Shown here: positions 26,996 through 36,203 of the stretch, in pieces
How positions within the stretch are numbered: position 1 is the stretch's first letter
How the letters are laid out: the number at the start of each line of letters is the position of its first letter
Assembly (NCBI GenBank): GCA_964444825.1
Contig: CAYUIS010000010.1
Coordinates: 1 to 59,412 of the forward strand
Direction of reading: 5' to 3'
Origin: an uncultured Anaerolineales bacterium
Lineage (GTDB): Bacteria > Chloroflexota > Anaerolineae > B4-G1
DNA length: 59,412 nucleotides
Made by a program: the position numbers and the translations under genes
The notes under the pieces: generated by a model
What the model saw: the letters and a program-made list of their open reading frames with translations, nothing else
What the model was told of the DNA's origin: nothing
The model's database searches: none

Positions 26996-28297
26996 CTAGC
27001 TTCCCAGACCCGAGCCATCAACCCCGGACTGGTTCCCGGCAGGTGGTCCAGCAATGGCTAGGGCATAATTTTCGGGATCAAGCCACCGCTGTGCGACCGC
27101 CCGGATGCACTCAGCGTCAATTTCACCAATGAGGTCTCTGTACCGCTGGAGGTAATCCAATCCCAAGCCGTATCGCTCCATACTGATGATGGACCGCGCC
27201 ACTCCCTCGTTCGTCTCCAGCCGAAGAGGAAGGCTACCCGTGATGAACGCCTTGTTATCCGCCAATTCCTCCTCGTCGACCAACTCCTCACAGATGCGAC
27301 GAACCTCTGCCCGAATCGAATCAATGGCCTGCTCGATGCTAGCCGGGTTCACCCCAGCGATGATCCGCCAGGGACCACGGTCAGGCCCACCGTCCACACG
27401 ACTGTATGAGTAGTAGGCCAATCCCTGCTCCTCACGGACATTCTCTCCCAGACGCCCCATCAGGCCAAAGACGCCCAGGATAGTGTTACACACGACAGCG
27501 TCCAGAAAATCGGGTGAAGACCGAGGAGGACCGGGATATCCCAAGATGATGTCCGACTGGGTCTTGCCAGGGATTGGGACGACACGCTCACGAACCTCGG
27601 TGATTCGGGAGACCTCAGGAAGTGGTGCACGCGCGTATCCTCGGCCCTGCCAGTCACCGAAGGTGTTCTCGATCCGTGCCAGTGCGTCGGCGGTCTCTAT
27701 CGCGCCCACGATCACAATGACCATCCCCTGAGAGCCATAACCACCAGCGTAGAATTCGGCCAAATCATCCCGGCTCAGCGCATTGATCGTCTCGGTATAG
27801 CCAGTGAGGCTACGGGCGTAGGGATGGGCTGCCGGGTACGCCAGTTCATTGAATGCCAGGCTGGCCATTCGGCGAGTGTCGTGGACCCGCTCTTCCAGAG
27901 CAGTGAGGATTTCTCCCCGCAGTCTCTCGATCTCCTCATCCGGAAAAGCCGCATGGCGCACCACATCGGCCAAGATACCAAGTGTCAGCGGCAAGTCCTC
28001 AACCAGGCTCTTGGCGCCGAAACCCGTAGTAAAGGTGCCCCCACTGACACTGGCACTGGCACCAACCGACTCCAATTCCTCATAGATCTGCTCAAACGAC
28101 CGGTTGGTCGTACCGCGCATCAGTCCACTGGCGGTGAAAGCTGACAGCCCTGCCCGCTCCGCTCCTTCGTCGTAGGCGCCCACCCGCAGATATCCATTCA
28201 TAACCACCGAGGGGCTATTGTGGTTCTCACGCACGAGCACGACAATGCCATTCGGCAACTCACAGCGTGTGATGTCGTCAGGTCCAGGGATAGCCAT
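26996..28297 (-). CDS. M16-family peptidase-like protein, non-catalytic subunit (no HxxEH)
   Basis: Insulinase-fold sequence. The zinc-motif position reads FTASGLMRGT rather than HxxEH. Confidence 0.85.
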   Translation of the reverse strand: MAIPGPDDITRCELPNGIVVLVRENHNSPSVVMNGYLRVGAYDEGAERAGLSAFTASGLMRGTTNRSFEQIYEELESVGASASVSGGTFTTGFGAKSLVEDLPLTLGILADVVRHAAFPDEEIERLRGEILTALEERVHDTRRMASLAFNELAYPAAHPYARSLTGYTETINALSRDDLAEFYAGGYGSQGMVIVIVGAIETADALARIENTFGDWQGRGYARAPLPEVSRITEVRERVVPIPGKTQSDIILGYPGPPRSSPDFLDAVVCNTILGVFGLMGRLGENVREEQGLAYYSYSRVDGGPDRGPWRIIAGVNPASIEQAIDSIRAEVRRICEELVDEEELADNKAFITGSLPLRLETNEGVARSIISMERYGLGLDYLQRYRDLIGEIDAECIRAVAQRWLDPENYALAIAGPPAGNQSGVDGSGLGS

Positions 28298-28445
28298 TAC
28301 TCTCCTCTCACAATCTCAATATCGAGTGCTTCATCGCTGATCCGCGCAGCCCTACACTATTGACTTGTTCAAAAACAACTCCGTGCTTCTACGGCTGTCT
28401 TGCGTCTGATTCCTGTGCCAAAGTGAAGTTATTAATGAACAAGGG

Positions 28446-29729
28446 CTATGCTTGCTTGGGCACGTAACGCCCAACAGTGCGGTTGGACGGCTTGAGATAC
28501 TGTTGTGCCGCACGTTGCACATCGTCGACGGTGACCGTGCTGAGCTTGGCGATATAGTTCTCGAACCAAGTGTGGTCGGCAAATACCTCACTAAAGCCCA
28601 TCCAGAGTGCCTGACCAGTGACCGATTCGCTAGAGTAAGCGAACTGCGCCTTGGTCTGCTTGATCGCTTTGAGCAGCTCCTCCTGTGTGATCGGCTCATC
28701 GGCTATTCGCGTCAACTCCACATCGAGCGCCTCCTCTATCTCAGCCGGCGTATGCCCGGTGCGCACCACAGACGAAAAACTATAAACAAAGGGATCGATC
28801 GTCGGAAGCAAAGAGCCTGATATGTCAGTCGCCAGTTCGGACACCACCAGCGCTTTGTAAAGACGGCTGCTCTTGTTGGTGGTGCCGCCGCCAAAGATCG
28901 CCAAGCCGCTGGCTCCGGTCAGAATGGCGTCCAACACGGTCAGGGCGAAGAAATCGGGGTGGTGGACAGGAGGAGCCCGGAAAACCACGTGAAAGTAGGC
29001 GACGTTCCCATCCCCCTCATAAGTCACCCGCCGTTCCCCCTTCTGGGGAGGTTCGACAGCCGTCATCGGAGGAATATCCGGTCCACTGGCGATTCCACCG
29101 AAATGTCGCTCCACCAGACCAAGCATTTCGTCTGAACAAAAGTCACCCACTGCGACAGCCACCGAGTTGGAGGGGGTGTAGTAGGTGCGATAGTGAGAGA
29201 GGAGTTGGTCACGTGTCATGGTCTCTAGATCACACATATGGCCAATGGTCTCAGTGCCGTAGGGATGCACGCGGAAAGCCGCCGCCATCAACTCCTCACT
29301 CAGGAGAAACTCTGGGTCGTTCTCCGCTCCCTGTCGCTCGCTGACGATCACGGTGCGCTCGGAGGCAACTTCGTCTGGATCAAAGAGCGCGTTGGCCATA
29401 CGATCAGCCTCAATCCGCACCTGTAACTCGATACGATCCGCAGGCAGAGTGGCATAGTAAGTGGTGAAATCATACCACGTCATCCCGTTGAACACACCCC
29501 CCTCCCGGGAGATCGCCTTGTCCGTCGTTCCTTTGGGAAACGTGGGTGTCCCCTTGAAGAGCATATGCTCCGCCCAATGAGAGATGCCCGTGATCCCCAG
29601 GTGCTCATTGCGACTACCTACCCGGTACCAGATCCAGAAACTGGCCACCGGTGCGGTATGCACCTCTTTGATCAAGACGCTCAGACCGTTGGTTAATTGT
29701 GTTTTGACTACATCGCTGTACGTACCCAT
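28446..29729 (-). CDS. M16-family zinc peptidase, catalytic subunit
   Basis: HWAEHMLFKGT is an HxxEH motif. Start placed at ATG 29729, with AGGAG upstream. Confidence 0.88.
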   Translation of the reverse strand: MGTYSDVVKTQLTNGLSVLIKEVHTAPVASFWIWYRVGSRNEHLGITGISHWAEHMLFKGTPTFPKGTTDKAISREGGVFNGMTWYDFTTYYATLPADRIELQVRIEADRMANALFDPDEVASERTVIVSERQGAENDPEFLLSEELMAAAFRVHPYGTETIGHMCDLETMTRDQLLSHYRTYYTPSNSVAVAVGDFCSDEMLGLVERHFGGIASGPDIPPMTAVEPPQKGERRVTYEGDGNVAYFHVVFRAPPVHHPDFFALTVLDAILTGASGLAIFGGGTTNKSSRLYKALVVSELATDISGSLLPTIDPFVYSFSSVVRTGHTPAEIEEALDVELTRIADEPITQEELLKAIKQTKAQFAYSSESVTGQALWMGFSEVFADHTWFENYIAKLSTVTVDDVQRAAQQYLKPSNRTVGRYVPKQA

Positions 29730-29827
29730 TCTGTCTCCTAATGCTGGCGGCTCCTTCGCAGGCCGCACGAACGCAGATCTAGCTCTTCTCCAGTACAAAG
29801 ACCACCCAGGCTAACCCTGATTTCGGC

Positions 29828-31666
29828 CTAGGGTGGGCCGTTGTGCAACCAGTGGTACCAGATCATCACCATCGCCAGTGTGTCGAGCTTGCAGTATTGA
29901 AGTAGCAGCCGCCTCCAACGTTCCGGTGACAGTCCATCTGTGCGTCCCCAACCATAGAGCGCCGATTGGTAAGCATACGTAGCACCCGTCCCCTCGGTGA
30001 TGGCAAAATCTTTTCCCGCAACGGTGAGCGCCGGAAGCGATTCATATGGACCGAGGATCTCGCTGTCCGCCTCTTTCACATATTCGGGCCAGCGTGCTCG
30101 CAAACTGGGATCCGTTTTCCAAACGGCGTCCACCACCGCTTTGACAGATGTCTTGCCCTTCATCAGCGGGTGGAAATAGTGCTTCAATGTGAGGGGGTGC
30201 ATATCCACCAGGCGGCTATCTCCGTCTTGACCCGATCCTACGATGGCTTCAAGCCAACTTCCCAGGCCCGGATTCCGATACTTGTATTCATCCATCTGCT
30301 TTAGTATGCGCCGCAGTGTCGTCTTCTCGTGCGTCGCCCAGGTGAACACCGTCCCACCTGTGCCGATATGCTGCATCAGGGATTCAGCAAAATAAAAGTT
30401 CGGAAAGTAACTCTCCAGGTCTATCCATTCGGCGTGCTCCAACTCACCGTCCGGCTGGCGTAGCGTATGGCAACTCCATTGAAAAGCAATGTGCTCGTAA
30501 GGATGCAGGCCCGACCGGCAGGGCACAGCAAGCACCGACGTCTCAAAGTCGACAAAGTGCAGCGGATACTCATAGGAGCGCAACGTGGCTATCAGTTCAT
30601 CGCTCATCCACTCTGTGTTGGAGCGGGAGTGCTCAAGTTGAATGATCTGCCGTCTGTTGAGCGCACCAACCCGGCCGTCTTTTGTGACGAGCCGCTCCCG
30701 AGGAATGTCGAACAGACTGGCCTTTCTTTGCTGGACAAGCTCGTTGACGAGAGAACCTCGTCCACCGATGCGGCTAACAGAATACATATCAAAGATGTGC
30801 GGCGTTACGTCTGCCAATTCACCCCAGCATTCTTGGAATCCATCACGCCCGTTCTGTTCACTCGCGCGGTATTCACAGTCTTTGCAGTGGGCTGAAATCG
30901 ATGGTTCGATCCTCCGCAGTTCCGGTACAAGACTGCTCACATACTCCGTTATCCTGGATCGAACGTCGGGTTTCAAATCCTCGACCTCCGCCGTGACATC
31001 CACCTTGGTCAGGAAGTGATTTCGGCGCAAATCTCTCACATCACCGACATAGTCCACCGCCATTCGAGTGAAGCCGGACCCGGGATCCTCGTCCCAACCC
31101 TCAGGATAGACGAATCTGAATAGAGAGGGCAGCAGATCGATCCCGGTTGATTTGGACCGGTCTGGCATCACCAGAAAGGGACGGATCCGGGCATGGGGGA
31201 ACATCTCCTGCAAGACACATACCTGAAATGTCACATCCTGGAGGGGCTCCTGCCATTCAGGCCCAACCAGGCGTCCCGCACCCGAAGAGCCATCGCCCGT
31301 GGCGCTATTGTAGGACTTGGCTTTTACCTCGATGAGCTCGAACTCGTCCCCACGCTTGACCAGAATATCGACCCGAGCAAGCTTGTGGTTGCTGATAAGC
31401 GTAGCCTCGAACAGCACAGCAGTCTGGGTAGCCAAAGCCTCCATCGTCTTTTGTGCGGCAGCCTGGACGTCGCCATAGTGGCCAATGTCCTGCCCTTCAG
31501 GGTAAAGAAGCTTGGCGATGCCCTCGATCACATAGCCACTTCTAGCGATCAGATCGAGGAACTCGCCCTCATCTTTCGTCGAGGGATAACCCAGCTTTTT
31601 GTAAAAGAGCTTGGTTGGACAGGACTGGGCGACTATAAAGTCAGACTTGGACAGGTAGCCGTGCAT
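29828..31666 (-). CDS. DUF2779-type protein: N-terminal Cas4/RecB-like PD-(D/E)XK nuclease with Cys cluster plus a C-terminal DEDD/RNase-H-like region
   Basis: YLSKSDFIVAQSCPTKLFY start, typical of DUF2779 proteins. Nuclease core RVDILVKRGDEFELIEVKA. Cysteines C...CKDCEY...C. Hallmark YPLHFVDFETSVLAVPCRSGLHPYEHIAFQWSCH. Start placed at ATG 31666. G+C is lower than in the flanking genes. Confidence 0.78.
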   Translation of the reverse strand: MHGYLSKSDFIVAQSCPTKLFYKKLGYPSTKDEGEFLDLIARSGYVIEGIAKLLYPEGQDIGHYGDVQAAAQKTMEALATQTAVLFEATLISNHKLARVDILVKRGDEFELIEVKAKSYNSATGDGSSGAGRLVGPEWQEPLQDVTFQVCVLQEMFPHARIRPFLVMPDRSKSTGIDLLPSLFRFVYPEGWDEDPGSGFTRMAVDYVGDVRDLRRNHFLTKVDVTAEVEDLKPDVRSRITEYVSSLVPELRRIEPSISAHCKDCEYRASEQNGRDGFQECWGELADVTPHIFDMYSVSRIGGRGSLVNELVQQRKASLFDIPRERLVTKDGRVGALNRRQIIQLEHSRSNTEWMSDELIATLRSYEYPLHFVDFETSVLAVPCRSGLHPYEHIAFQWSCHTLRQPDGELEHAEWIDLESYFPNFYFAESLMQHIGTGGTVFTWATHEKTTLRRILKQMDEYKYRNPGLGSWLEAIVGSGQDGDSRLVDMHPLTLKHYFHPLMKGKTSVKAVVDAVWKTDPSLRARWPEYVKEADSEILGPYESLPALTVAGKDFAITEGTGATYAYQSALYGWGRTDGLSPERWRRLLLQYCKLDTLAMVMIWYHWLHNGPP

Positions 31667-31829
31667 ATGTTCTTGTCGCGCTCTCGCCTTCCCCTTTTTG
31701 TGGTTGACGTGTGTGCTCGCCTGCTGCCAGCGTGCCACAGAGTCGCAGATAGCACCCTGCTCCCCGCGTCTCAGCAGCCACAAGAGAGGCCTGCCGCACA
31801 CAACACCCGCGGCGGTTGGATAAGGGAAT

Positions 31830-31885
31830 CCCCGTCATCCAAAGCATTCGGAGCATAGAGCTCCATCAGCCTGGATATGACGGGG
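31830..31885 (-). terminator. long nested hairpin just after the 154-aa ORF
   Basis: CCCCGTCAT(CCA)...(TGG)ATATGACGGGG outer stem, with an inner GGAGC-ataga-GCTCC hairpin. It begins 15 nt past the stop at 31900. Confidence 0.5.
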
Positions 31886-31899
31886 CAACAGGCGATCGA

Positions 31900-32364
31900 T
31901 TAGGAATTGATGTGCTTGATCAACAAGAGCGTGAGCTTGAGGATATTGATCAAGCGCACTCTCTTGCGGATTTTCACGTTGTCGGGATCCATTTCAACGG
32001 TGGTCTTTAGATCCCGCATCTTTACGATGATGTTTGAAAACAGCTTCTCGGTTGTCCAGCCAACGTACTGCTTATACTGACTCTGATCACCAACGGTTTC
32101 CTGGCTGATCTTGGACCGCTTCAACGAATTGACATCAAAGCCGGATTTTAGAGCTTCCTCCATTTCCTTGGTCTCCAGCTTGGCGATGACCGAGTCGATG
32201 GGTAGGTCCGATCGGCCATATGAGAATATCAGCTCGATGTTGCTCTCCAACTCCAAGAGCAGCATGCGCTTCGTGCCCGTGCTTTTCTGTACCAACGAAC
32301 GTACGGTACCCAGCACCGAATCGATCATTTTGACCAGGTCAGCGAATGTGCCAAGATCAAACAT
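31900..32364 (-). CDS. hypothetical helical protein, no recognisable family
   Basis: 154 aa. ATG lies 8 nt after AGGAGG. It is the most A+T-rich coding stretch of the window. No TM segment and no motif I can assign. Confidence 0.65.
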   Translation of the reverse strand: MFDLGTFADLVKMIDSVLGTVRSLVQKSTGTKRMLLLELESNIELIFSYGRSDLPIDSVIAKLETKEMEEALKSGFDVNSLKRSKISQETVGDQSQYKQYVGWTTEKLFSNIIVKMRDLKTTVEMDPDNVKIRKRVRLINILKLTLLLIKHINS

Positions 32365-32631
32365 TGGGCTTTCCTCCTATATCGTTAGTCTATGCAACAA
32401 ACAGAACATACCACACTAGCGATCCCGCCGCCATAGTTCCGCAGGCCAAAGCCTAGCAGAATGAGTCAAGCCCCAATGGTTGTCTTCTATGGAACAAGAA
32501 AACCAAGATTCATTGGGCCGGACACAGTGGCCGTATTTTACTCGCTCCGTGCAAGGTGTCAAATGCGCGACTCTATCGCCCTATCCCAGCACAATAGGTC
32601 ACTTGGACACCCCAGACCCACCCCTTCCCAG

Positions 32632-34008
32632 CTAGCTCTCCCTACCCTCCCGCCGGCGAAAGATCAACCGCAACGGCGTACCCGGAAAGGGGATCGCATC
32701 GCGCAATCGATTCTCCAGATAGCGCTCATAGCTAAAGTGCACCAACTCTGTATCGTTAACATGAAAAACGAACGTCGGTGGATCTACGCCCGGTTGACTG
32801 ACATAATAGATCTTGAGCCGTTTACCTCGCTTGCTGGGGGGAGCGTGACGCGTTAGCGCATCTTGCACCAGACGGTTGAGCTCCCCAGTGGGAATACGCT
32901 GTAAACGAGCCTCGTGCACAGCCAGCGCAGTGGGCACGACCTTGTGCACCCGCTGTCCTGTGAGAGCAGAGATAAAGAGCACAGGCACATAGTCGAGGAA
33001 ACGCAGGGCATCGCGGACCCATTTGGTATACTCCACGGTGGTATCGGCATCCTTCTCGACCGCATCCCACTTGTTGATCAGCACAACCACGCTGGCCCAC
33101 TCTTCGAGGATGAAACTGGCTACGTGCGCATCCTGCGCCCTGACCCCCTCCGCACCGTCTATCAGCAACAGAGCCACATCGGCCCGCTGAATGGCCCGGA
33201 GTGCTCGCAATACACTGTAGTGTTCCACGCCTTTCCCAACCTTGCCCCGCCGTCGAATGCCCGCCGTGTCAATCAACGTGAGCGGCGTTCCTTCCCACTC
33301 CAGGTAGGTGTCAATGGCATCGCGAGTCGTACCGGCAATAGGACTGACAATGGCGCGCTCTTCACCCAGCAGCTTGTTGAGGAGTGATGACTTGCCCACA
33401 TTTGGGCGTCCAACGATGGCAATCTTGATCCTCTCATCTTCGACCTCCGGCTCGATTGGAGGCAGGGCCTCAACCACATCATCCAGCAGGTCGGCCACTC
33501 CGGCGCCGTGCAACGCGGAGATGGGGTATACCACTTCTGGACCCAGGGCATAGAACTCGAGCGCGTCTTCCCGCAAGCGCACGTTATCAGCCTTGTTGGC
33601 AGCCAAGAATACCGGGCACCGGGATCGACGCAGGATCTCGGCGACCTCCTCATCACCGGTGGTCAGGCCGCCGGTCGTATCGGTGAGAAAGATGATCGCA
33701 TCCGCCTCCTGGATGGCCAACTCAGCCTGAGATCGCATCAGAGGAATAAAGGGGGCAGAGTCCTGGGTCAAGACGCGTGCCGGGCCAGGTCGCCTACCTG
33801 CAACCACAGTCTCGGGCAATATCTCGATACCGCCAGTATCCACCACACTAAAAACGACACCGTTCCATTCAGCAGAGGCATACAACCGATCACGAGTGGT
33901 ACCTGGTCGGTCATCCACCACGGCAAGCCGCCGCCCGACGATGCGGTTGAAGAGGGTGGACTTGCCAACATTGGGGCGGCCTACGAGAGCGACAATCGGG
34001 TTCCCCAT
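32632..34008 (-). CDS. der: ribosome-biogenesis GTPase Der (EngA)
   Basis: Two G domains (GRPNVGKSTLFN twice, DTGG/DTAG, NKAD/NKWD) and a KH-like C-terminus. Confidence 0.96.
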   Translation of the reverse strand: MGNPIVALVGRPNVGKSTLFNRIVGRRLAVVDDRPGTTRDRLYASAEWNGVVFSVVDTGGIEILPETVVAGRRPGPARVLTQDSAPFIPLMRSQAELAIQEADAIIFLTDTTGGLTTGDEEVAEILRRSRCPVFLAANKADNVRLREDALEFYALGPEVVYPISALHGAGVADLLDDVVEALPPIEPEVEDERIKIAIVGRPNVGKSSLLNKLLGEERAIVSPIAGTTRDAIDTYLEWEGTPLTLIDTAGIRRRGKVGKGVEHYSVLRALRAIQRADVALLLIDGAEGVRAQDAHVASFILEEWASVVVLINKWDAVEKDADTTVEYTKWVRDALRFLDYVPVLFISALTGQRVHKVVPTALAVHEARLQRIPTGELNRLVQDALTRHAPPSKRGKRLKIYYVSQPGVDPPTFVFHVNDTELVHFSYERYLENRLRDAIPFPGTPLRLIFRRREGRES

Positions 34009-35259
34009 TCAGCCGGTCTCCGCTTCTTCGGTGGGCGTGACAGTTGGTGCAATCCCAATCCTGACCTGAACAGTGGCGGGATTGACACTCTGGGCGGTCA
34101 CCCCTCTTGGCACCACGATTTGCGGCTCAATCTGGTGCACATCCGCCGGTAGATTGAATACATCTAGCACAATGCGCACGTCGTCCTCCTCAAGCCCCTC
34201 CAACAAAGGTAATGGACCACTCAGGATGACCTCAACCGTTTCTGGAGATACGGTGACCGTGAAACCTGGCTGAAGACCCCGGATCTCTGGTGTGATCACC
34301 GACGTCAGGCTACTCTGAATAGCCTCAATAGAGACCGTCACCACAGGCTGCTCCTCCATCACGATAGAGACACCTGATGGTATACTCAGCGCAGGTCGTT
34401 CAACGACATCTTCCGCTGCACCCTCCACGCTGATGGGCTCAGTCTCAATAAAGCCCGGTAAGCCAGCAATCAAACTGGGAAGGCCAGATGCTGTAACGTT
34501 AGGCGGATCGACGGCGATTTCCGTGATCCTATGGCCAAATGCAATCTGTCCCTCCAGCGTAACCTTGACCACCAGAGGCCGATAGAAGACGGAGAGCTCA
34601 ACAGGGACACGCACGTTGGCTCGTTCGACATCCAGTATCACGTAAGGTACGATATCACCGTCAAGGTCCAGGGGCTGCAATTGGTACTCACCCAACACGT
34701 CAGCAGTAGCATCCTGTACAGAGACTCGAACGGACGCCTCGACAACGCGCGATACATAGCTGCTGGGGCCGCTCACCGTCACCTGGGATGGATTGATGGC
34801 CGGCGTTCGGTTCAGATAGCCCAGAGTTGGCTCTCCCTCGACTCGCACGCGCACAGGGACGATCTGTTCCACCTCGGACTCTAGCGACAGCGTAGCGCTT
34901 TGGGGTTCAAACTGTACGACTCGCGCGGGACCCTTGTTGAGCGTCAACTGGACCGGCAACTCGTGAACCCCCGCACCCAAACCGGTCAAATCAATCTTGG
35001 CGTCAAAGTCTTCTATCCCGAGGGAATTCCAGATGGAGGTGGGAGCACGGACCACGACCTCCACTCGTTCGTCAAAGGTCCCCAGGATGATCATCCCGTC
35101 GGGTAAGTTGGACAGTGTGACGGGTATATCCTGGGGAAAGCGTCTCTCCAGGGTCGGGTCTCCCTCTTCCACAGACACAATCCAGGCCAACACAGCCAGA
35201 ATCAGAGCCAGAACAATGACGGGCGAGTTGCTCGTTATCCACCGCAGCGCAGGCCTCAT
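34009..35259 (-). CDS. cdaR: YbbR-domain protein (CdaR-like regulator of diadenylate cyclase)
   Basis: N-terminal TM helix followed by repeated YbbR-like beta modules. It lies directly downstream of cdaA. Its stop abuts the der start. Confidence 0.8.
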   Translation of the reverse strand: MRPALRWITSNSPVIVLALILAVLAWIVSVEEGDPTLERRFPQDIPVTLSNLPDGMIILGTFDERVEVVVRAPTSIWNSLGIEDFDAKIDLTGLGAGVHELPVQLTLNKGPARVVQFEPQSATLSLESEVEQIVPVRVRVEGEPTLGYLNRTPAINPSQVTVSGPSSYVSRVVEASVRVSVQDATADVLGEYQLQPLDLDGDIVPYVILDVERANVRVPVELSVFYRPLVVKVTLEGQIAFGHRITEIAVDPPNVTASGLPSLIAGLPGFIETEPISVEGAAEDVVERPALSIPSGVSIVMEEQPVVTVSIEAIQSSLTSVITPEIRGLQPGFTVTVSPETVEVILSGPLPLLEGLEEDDVRIVLDVFNLPADVHQIEPQIVVPRGVTAQSVNPATVQVRIGIAPTVTPTEEAETG

Positions 35260-35260
35260 G

Positions 35261-36100
35261 TTACCCGTTTCGCCTCCTTATCGACTGTCGCAGCCAGGCG
35301 CTCCAACGCGGCCACGCCCGTCCAAGCACGGGTTGGAAAAATGCCTGCAACACCGCCTCCAAGCGTTTCCCGTCAAGATTGCGGATCATGCGACCGTTGT
35401 GTGCAATAGAGATCGCCCCCCGCTCCTCGGAAACGACGATGGCGATAGCGTCACTCTCCTCAGTGACACCGAGCGCAGCCCGGTGGCGCAGTCCCAATTG
35501 CCTGTCCGCGAGAAAGGCCGTAGAGAGGGGAAGTACGCAAGCGGCGGCCAAGACCCGTCCATGCCTGATGATGACAGCTCCATCGTGCAACGTGGTGTGA
35601 GGATCAAAGATGCTCCTTAGCAAATCTGGCGTGATGACAGCGTCGAGGATCACGCCGCTATCTGCCAACTCTTGTAGCCCTGTTTCACGTTCCAACACGA
35701 TGAGAGCACCATGCCGCCTTTCGGCAAGGATCAGACAGGTCTCTACAATCGTAGACAATGCCTGCTCCAGAACAGCACGATCCCCAGTAGAGTGCCCAAA
35801 CAACGACCCGGCCCTCCCCAGCCGCTCTAGCGCATGGCGCAGTTCCTGCTGGAAAACCACCGGGATGGCCACGAGCAATGCCGGCAGCGCTTTCTGCGTC
35901 AACCAGCCAAAAGCACTCAGTTGTATCAGGCCACTCAGGGGCGTGACAACGATAATGAGGATGACCACACCACGCAAGAGGGGAACGGCGCGGGTGCCAC
36001 GGACGAGGTACAAGATCCAAAAGAGGATACAGGCTACGAGCAAGATGTCAAGGGCATCTACCCAGTCCAGCCGTTGCAGATACCAGAGTAGATCAGCCAC
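35261..36100 (-). CDS. cdaA: diadenylate cyclase CdaA
   Basis: Three N-terminal TM helices. DAC domain motifs GALIVLERETGL, TLHDGAVII, LGLRHRAALG, VVSEERGAISIA. Confidence 0.92.
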   Translation of the reverse strand: MADLLWYLQRLDWVDALDILLVACILFWILYLVRGTRAVPLLRGVVILIIVVTPLSGLIQLSAFGWLTQKALPALLVAIPVVFQQELRHALERLGRAGSLFGHSTGDRAVLEQALSTIVETCLILAERRHGALIVLERETGLQELADSGVILDAVITPDLLRSIFDPHTTLHDGAVIIRHGRVLAAACVLPLSTAFLADRQLGLRHRAALGVTEESDAIAIVVSEERGAISIAHNGRMIRNLDGKRLEAVLQAFFQPVLGRAWPRWSAWLRQSIRRRNG

Positions 36101-36203
36101 TATTCAAACCCTAGGATACCACAAAGAGCACTTGCCACGGCCGCCAAGCTCAGCAATCTCAGATCCTACGCCGCGACGTACTCGATAAGTTGGAGTCACC
36201 CGA

